This document shows positions 59,261-64,000 of a DNA stretch of 64,000 bases, in pieces. Numbering within the stretch: position 1 is the stretch's first letter; the number at the start of each line of letters is the position of its first letter. This DNA is from Heptranchias perlo (Eukaryota), in NCBI RefSeq assembly GCF_035084215.1, contig NC_090333.1, forward strand, positions 26,722,001-26,786,000, given 5' to 3'. Position numbers and translations under genes: made by a program. Under the pieces are notes generated by a model, which saw only the letters and a list, made by a program, of their open reading frames with translations, had not been told where the DNA came from and did not search any database.

Positions 59261-59991
59261 TTCTGCATTTTACCCAAGTCATTGATAACTTTGTTATCCA
59301 TTGGAAGTTTAAACAGCAAATTTAACTTGAAAAACTACCCCCCCCCCCCACCCCCCCCCCGGATCGTTCAACTTATGAGCAAGTTTTAGGAAAATGCAAA
59401 AAAGAGACGCACGGATTCAAAGTTTAACATTTCTTTTCTTAAGTGAAAACGATTTTATCAGTGAATGCTTAGTCTGAATTTTAATCTAGGTCTTTTTATC
59501 CTAAATAGGGAGGGTGGGGGGAAAGCTGCATTTGAGACCCTGGGGTAGGATCTGAGTGTTTTGTTTAACGGGATTTCAAAATCTGCTCTGTTGTAGTGGA
59601 CAGTGTAGAAATGTGTTCTTCAACAACAAAATCGTTCTAGTTTTGTTGAACTCTCTGTAACTTTGGTTAATGACCCCTGCACCAGACTCAGATCATGGAT
59701 TATCCTCACAGTTGCCATTGACCATCGGACTTTACCTCCCCCCCCCCCATGCGCAAAAACGCAGGGGGCGTGGCCACATTTCCCCCTGGGGCTCAGCAGG
59801 CGTCGGGTTGCGAATCCATTCAACTCCCAGAGTAGAATGTGACCATTAGCACAGCAGGAAGGGAGGAATGCAAGTCCCCCCCCCCCCCCCATTTAGGATA
59901 CAAAGACCTAGATTAAAATTCAGACTAAACATCCATTGATAAAATCGTTTTCACTTAAAACATGTTAAACTTTGAATCTGTGCGTCTCTTT
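59016..59991. repeat. Local direct repeat (59016-59126 / 59748-59863) plus inverted repeat (59401-59510 / 59888-59991)
   Basis: Aligned by eye; similar but diverged copies. Confidence 0.85.
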
Positions 59992-60945
59992 GTGTACGAC
60001 TTGAATGTGGGGGGCTTGATCAAGAAGTTTTCAGTTTTTTTAAAAAATGGCATGTGGTTGAAAGCTGTAGACTGCAGGAACATATCAATGGACAGGACAG
60101 GTGGGCAGAAAAGTGGCAAATGGAATTTAATCCGGAGACGTGTGTGGTAATGCATTTGGGGAGAGCAAACAAGGCAAGGGAGTACACAATAAATGGGAGG
60201 ATACTGAGAGATGTAGAGGAACAAAGGGACCTTGGAGTGCATGGCCACAGATCCCTGAAGGTAGCAGGACAGGCAGATAAGGTGGATAAAAAGGCATATG
60301 GGATACTTTCTTTTTATTAGCTGAGGCATAGAATATAAAAGCAGGGAGGTTATGCTAGAATTGTATAAAAACATTGGTTAGGCCACAGCTTGAGTACTGC
60401 ATACAGTTCTGGTCGTCACATCACAAGAAAGATGTGATTGCACTAGAGAGAGTACAGAGGAGGGTTACGAGGATGTTGCCAGGACTGGAGAATTTTAGCT
60501 CTGAGAAAAGATTGGATGGGCTGGGGTTGTTTTCTTTGGAACAAACTAGACTGAGGGGAGATTTAATTGAAGTGTATATAAAATTATGACCGGACCATAT
60601 AGTGGATAGGGAGGACCTATTTCCCATAGCAGAGGGATCACCAACTAGGGGGCATAGATTTAAAGTAATTGGTAGAAGGATTAAACAGGAGCTGAGGAGA
60701 ATTTGTTTTTCACCCAGAGATGGGGGGTGGTGGTGGTCTGGAACTCACTGCCTGAAAGGGTGGTAGAGGCAGAAACCCTCAACACATTTAGAAAGTACTT
60801 GGATGTGCACTTGAAGTGCCGTAACCTACAGGGCTACGGACCAAGTGCTGGGAAGTGTGATTAAGTTGAATAGCTTTTTTTTTTGGCCGGCACGGACGTG
60901 ATGGGCTGAATGGCCGCCTTCTGTGTTGTAACTTTCTATGATTCT
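59992..60945 (+). mobile_element. CR1 LINE 3' fragment
   Basis: [21 protein letters not shown]; tail ends ctatgattcta. Confidence 0.88.
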
Positions 60946-61349
60946 ACGTATACACATTTTTTCCCCAAGGTCATTTTTGAGATCCATTTAATGTTGACTG
61001 TTCTCCAAGATTTGAGATTGCTGTCCAAAGCCTAGCTGAGCAACTCAGGTCTGCCTTTTAATACAAGTTGAAAGTGTAGAAAATACACAGCAGGTCTGGC
61101 AAAATCTGAAAAAATCATTTGTCGGATTTCAAAACTGGACTGAACAAAATGGGAGGGGGTAGAGTAGGGTTGCCAACTCTGGTTGGAGGCATTCCTGGAG
61201 GTTTGATCAGGTGATGCCTGATTATCTGACATTCAATCACGTGACATCTACAACTGTTATTGGATTGGGTCCCCTGTAGTTTACTATTTTTGCTGGTGGT
61301 TTTGTGCCAGTAGCTGTTGTGCGACAAGTTCCAACAATTATCTTTTAAG

Positions 61350-61473
61350 CTGTATTCCAACATCAAACCACTGTGGACAGGTTATTTTGAAAGCAATGGA
61401 TACTGGATCTCCACCCCCAGCATAAAGTGTGCCATCGTGGAAACCAAACAATTCCTGGAAGAAGCTGGATACG
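61350..61473 (+). pseudogene. Isolated FAAH/amidase-family (FAAH or VDHAP-like) exon, probably degenerate
   Basis: ttttaag|LYSNIKPLWTGYFESNGYWISTPSIKCAIVETKQFLEEAG...|gtgtgt is colinear with vertebrate FAAH as recalled (VYTSSQPLRVGYYETDNYTMPSPAMRRAVLETKQSLEAAGHT). No neighbouring FAAH exons recognised in the window. Confidence 0.7.
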
Positions 61474-61869
61474 GTGTGTATACTAAACCTCAAAGGGAAT
61501 GGAGAGATTCCTGGAGGTAGGGGGAGGGTGAGAAGGGATGATGGAAAAAGATTAAGTGGACTAAGAAATGATTTATTTTTAGCTCATCTTCCTGCCCAAC
61601 AAGGAGATTTGAAACACGTTTGAAACCTTGGGGGGAGAAATATTTTTTTTTAAATTAATGTACTGATATATTACTGCATGCAGTGAAAAGATGCTGCAGA
61701 ATTCACCATTCAGTAAGTTCCTAATTTTGACTGACATGTTGGGTAAGATACGAACATTAAAAAATGATGGGCAGAGAAAGATCATTTGGCAGAGTTTGGC
61801 CCATTTTCCCAGGCTTCTAAATCTGTTGAAAAAAAGTTATTCTCCTCCACAGTTCTAAGACTTGGACAA

Positions 61870-62790
61870 ATCTTTGTATCATCTGCGAACTTCCTGACCA
61901 TTCCCCCAACACCTATATCTAGGTAATTTATGAAAATTGTTAAAAAGCAATGGCCCTAACACCGATCCCTGTGGGACTCCACTGGTAACTGACCTCCAAG
62001 TCACAGCCATTAATAACAATTTTCTGCCTATAGGAATGCAGCCAATTCATAATCCATTGTTGCAACTTCCTGCTGATTCCACAGCATTCTGTCTTGCAGT
62101 GTAATCTATTGTGAGGTAGCTTATCAAAGACTTTCTAAAAATCCAAGTAGACAATGTCCACGAGGATACTCCATTGTCATAGTAACTTTTTTTTTCAAAA
62201 AATTCTAGCAAATTAGTAAGACACAAACTTATTTTCCGTAAGCCACATTGAGTGTCGCTGATGACTCCTTCTCTATCCAGGTGATCACAAAAAGTATCTC
62301 TTTAAGATCCCTTCAAACATCTTACCTATAACTGACATCTGACTAATGAGCCTATAGTTCCCTGGGTTTGACTTGTTACCCTTTTTGAAAATTGGAACTA
62401 CATAAGAATCCTTCTAATCCAAGGAAACAATCCCAGACTCTAGTGAGCTGTTAAAGATATGGGCAAGGGGCTTGCAAAGCCCATGCCCCATCTCTTTAAT
62501 CATTCCTAGTGGATGTAATCTGGACCATAAGCCCGATTTATTTTAAGGTTCCTTATTTTGTCTAAAATTATATCCTGGGCTATTTTAATATTTACAAGTT
62601 TTTTATCTACAGTACATCCTATAGCTGGTAGTTGAACATCATCCACAGGAATTAAGATTGATGCAACATAATCATTTAACACCACTGCAGTATCTTGGGA
62701 GTCCATTTGAACCTGTCCGAAGGCTTCTTTCAATGGCTGTATACAGTCTTTAACGGTCCTCTGACATCTAACATAGCTTAGAAAAAACTT
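61870..62790 (-). mobile_element. Old CR1-type LINE RT fragment
   Basis: [22 protein letters not shown] and FADD-like remnants on the minus strand. Confidence 0.75.
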
Positions 62791-62844
62791 GCTACCATAA
62801 ATGTCGACTATCTTCTCCATTAACTTCCAAACTGTTCCAGTACA

Positions 62845-64000
62845 GCTACAACGCTGGTATCTACCTGACAATGTGGAAAATTGCCCAAGTATGTCCTGTC
62901 CACAAAAAGCAGGACAAATCCAATCCAGCCAATTACCACCCCATCAGTCTACTCTCAATCATCAGCAAAGTGATGGAAGATGTCGTCGACAATGCTATCA
63001 AGCAGCACTTACTCGCCATTAACCTGCTCAGCGATGCTCAGTTTGGGTTCCGCCAGGACCACTCGGCTCCAGACCTCATTTCAGCCTTGGTCCAAACATA
63101 GACAAAAAAGCTGAATTCCAGAGGTGAGATGAGAGTGACTGCCCTTGACATCAAGGCAGCATTTGACCACATGTGGCACCAAGGAGCCCTAGTAAAATTG
63201 AATGGGAATCGGGGAAAACTCTCCAGTGGCTGGTGTCATACCTAGCACAAAGGAAGATGGTAGTGGTTGTTGCAGGCCAATCATGTCAGCCCCAGGGCAT
63301 TGCTGCAGGAGTTCCTCAGGGCAGTGTCCTAGGCTCAACCATCTTCAGCTGCTTCATCAATGACCTTCCCTCCATCATAAGGTCAGAAATGGGGATGTTC
63401 GCCGATGATTGCACAGTGTTCAGTTCCATTCGCAACCCCTCAGATAATGAAGCTGTCAATGCTCGCGTGCAGCAAGACCTGGACAACATCCAGGCTTGGG
63501 CTCATAAGTGGCAAGTAACATTTGCGCCAGGCAATGACCATTTCCAACAAGATAAAGTCTAACCACCTCCCCTTGACATTCAACAGCATTACCATTGCCG
63601 AATCCTCCACCATCAACGTCCAGGGGGTCACCATTGACCAGAAACATAACTGGACCAACCACATAAATACTGTGGCTACAAGAGAAGATCAGAGGCTGGG
63701 TATTCTGCGGCAAGTGACTCACCTCCTGACTCCCCAAAGCCTTGCCACCATCTACAAGCCACAAGTCAGGAGTGTGATGGAATACTCTCCACTTGCCTGG
63801 ATGAGTGCAGCTCCAACAACACTCAAGAAGCTCAACAGCACGTCCGGGACAAAGCAGCCTGCTTGATCGGCACTCCCTTCACCACCAGCGCACAGTGGCT
63901 GCAGTGTGTACCATCTACAGGATGCACTGCAGCAACTCGCCAATGCTTCTTCGACAGCATTTCCCAAACCCGTGACCTCTACCACCTAGAAGGACAAGGA
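62845..64000 (+). mobile_element. Non-LTR retrotransposon RT fragment (CR1-group, a second family)
   Basis: WKIAQVCPVHKK...[22 protein letters not shown]. The same family occurs at 23905-24530 (+), 1-210 (+) and 1495-1650 (-). Confidence 0.88.

Overview
Vertebrate genomic DNA, most likely from a cartilaginous fish (inferred from the repeat repertoire: CR1 and L2 LINEs, DeuSINE-type tRNA SINEs, Penelope-like elements). Three complete spliced genes lie on the minus strand, reconstructed by hand: PIGB (12 exons, 58503-36031, 532 aa), UQCRH (4 exons, 31149-18853, 87 aa) and NSUN4 (6 exons, 11655-2411, 414 aa). An isolated FAAH-like exon lies on the plus strand at about 61350. Much of the remainder is transposon-derived. 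Most notable observations: (1) a 200-bp perfect palindrome with a 12-bp target-site duplication, carrying a minimal hammerhead ribozyme motif on each strand, in a PIGB intron; (2) a U12-type PIGB intron that appears to have AT-AA ends; (3) two GC-AG introns in different genes with the same donor, AG|GCACGTTA; (4) a 77-bp templated insertion inside a LINE; (5) a duplicated and inverted segment upstream of PIGB; (6) PIGB next to UQCRH/NSUN4/FAAH, unlike the human gene order as I recall it. I see no convincing wholly new multi-gene system. Exon coordinates are base-exact by my reading; repeat boundaries are approximate; homology calls come from motif recognition and recalled sequences, not database searches.
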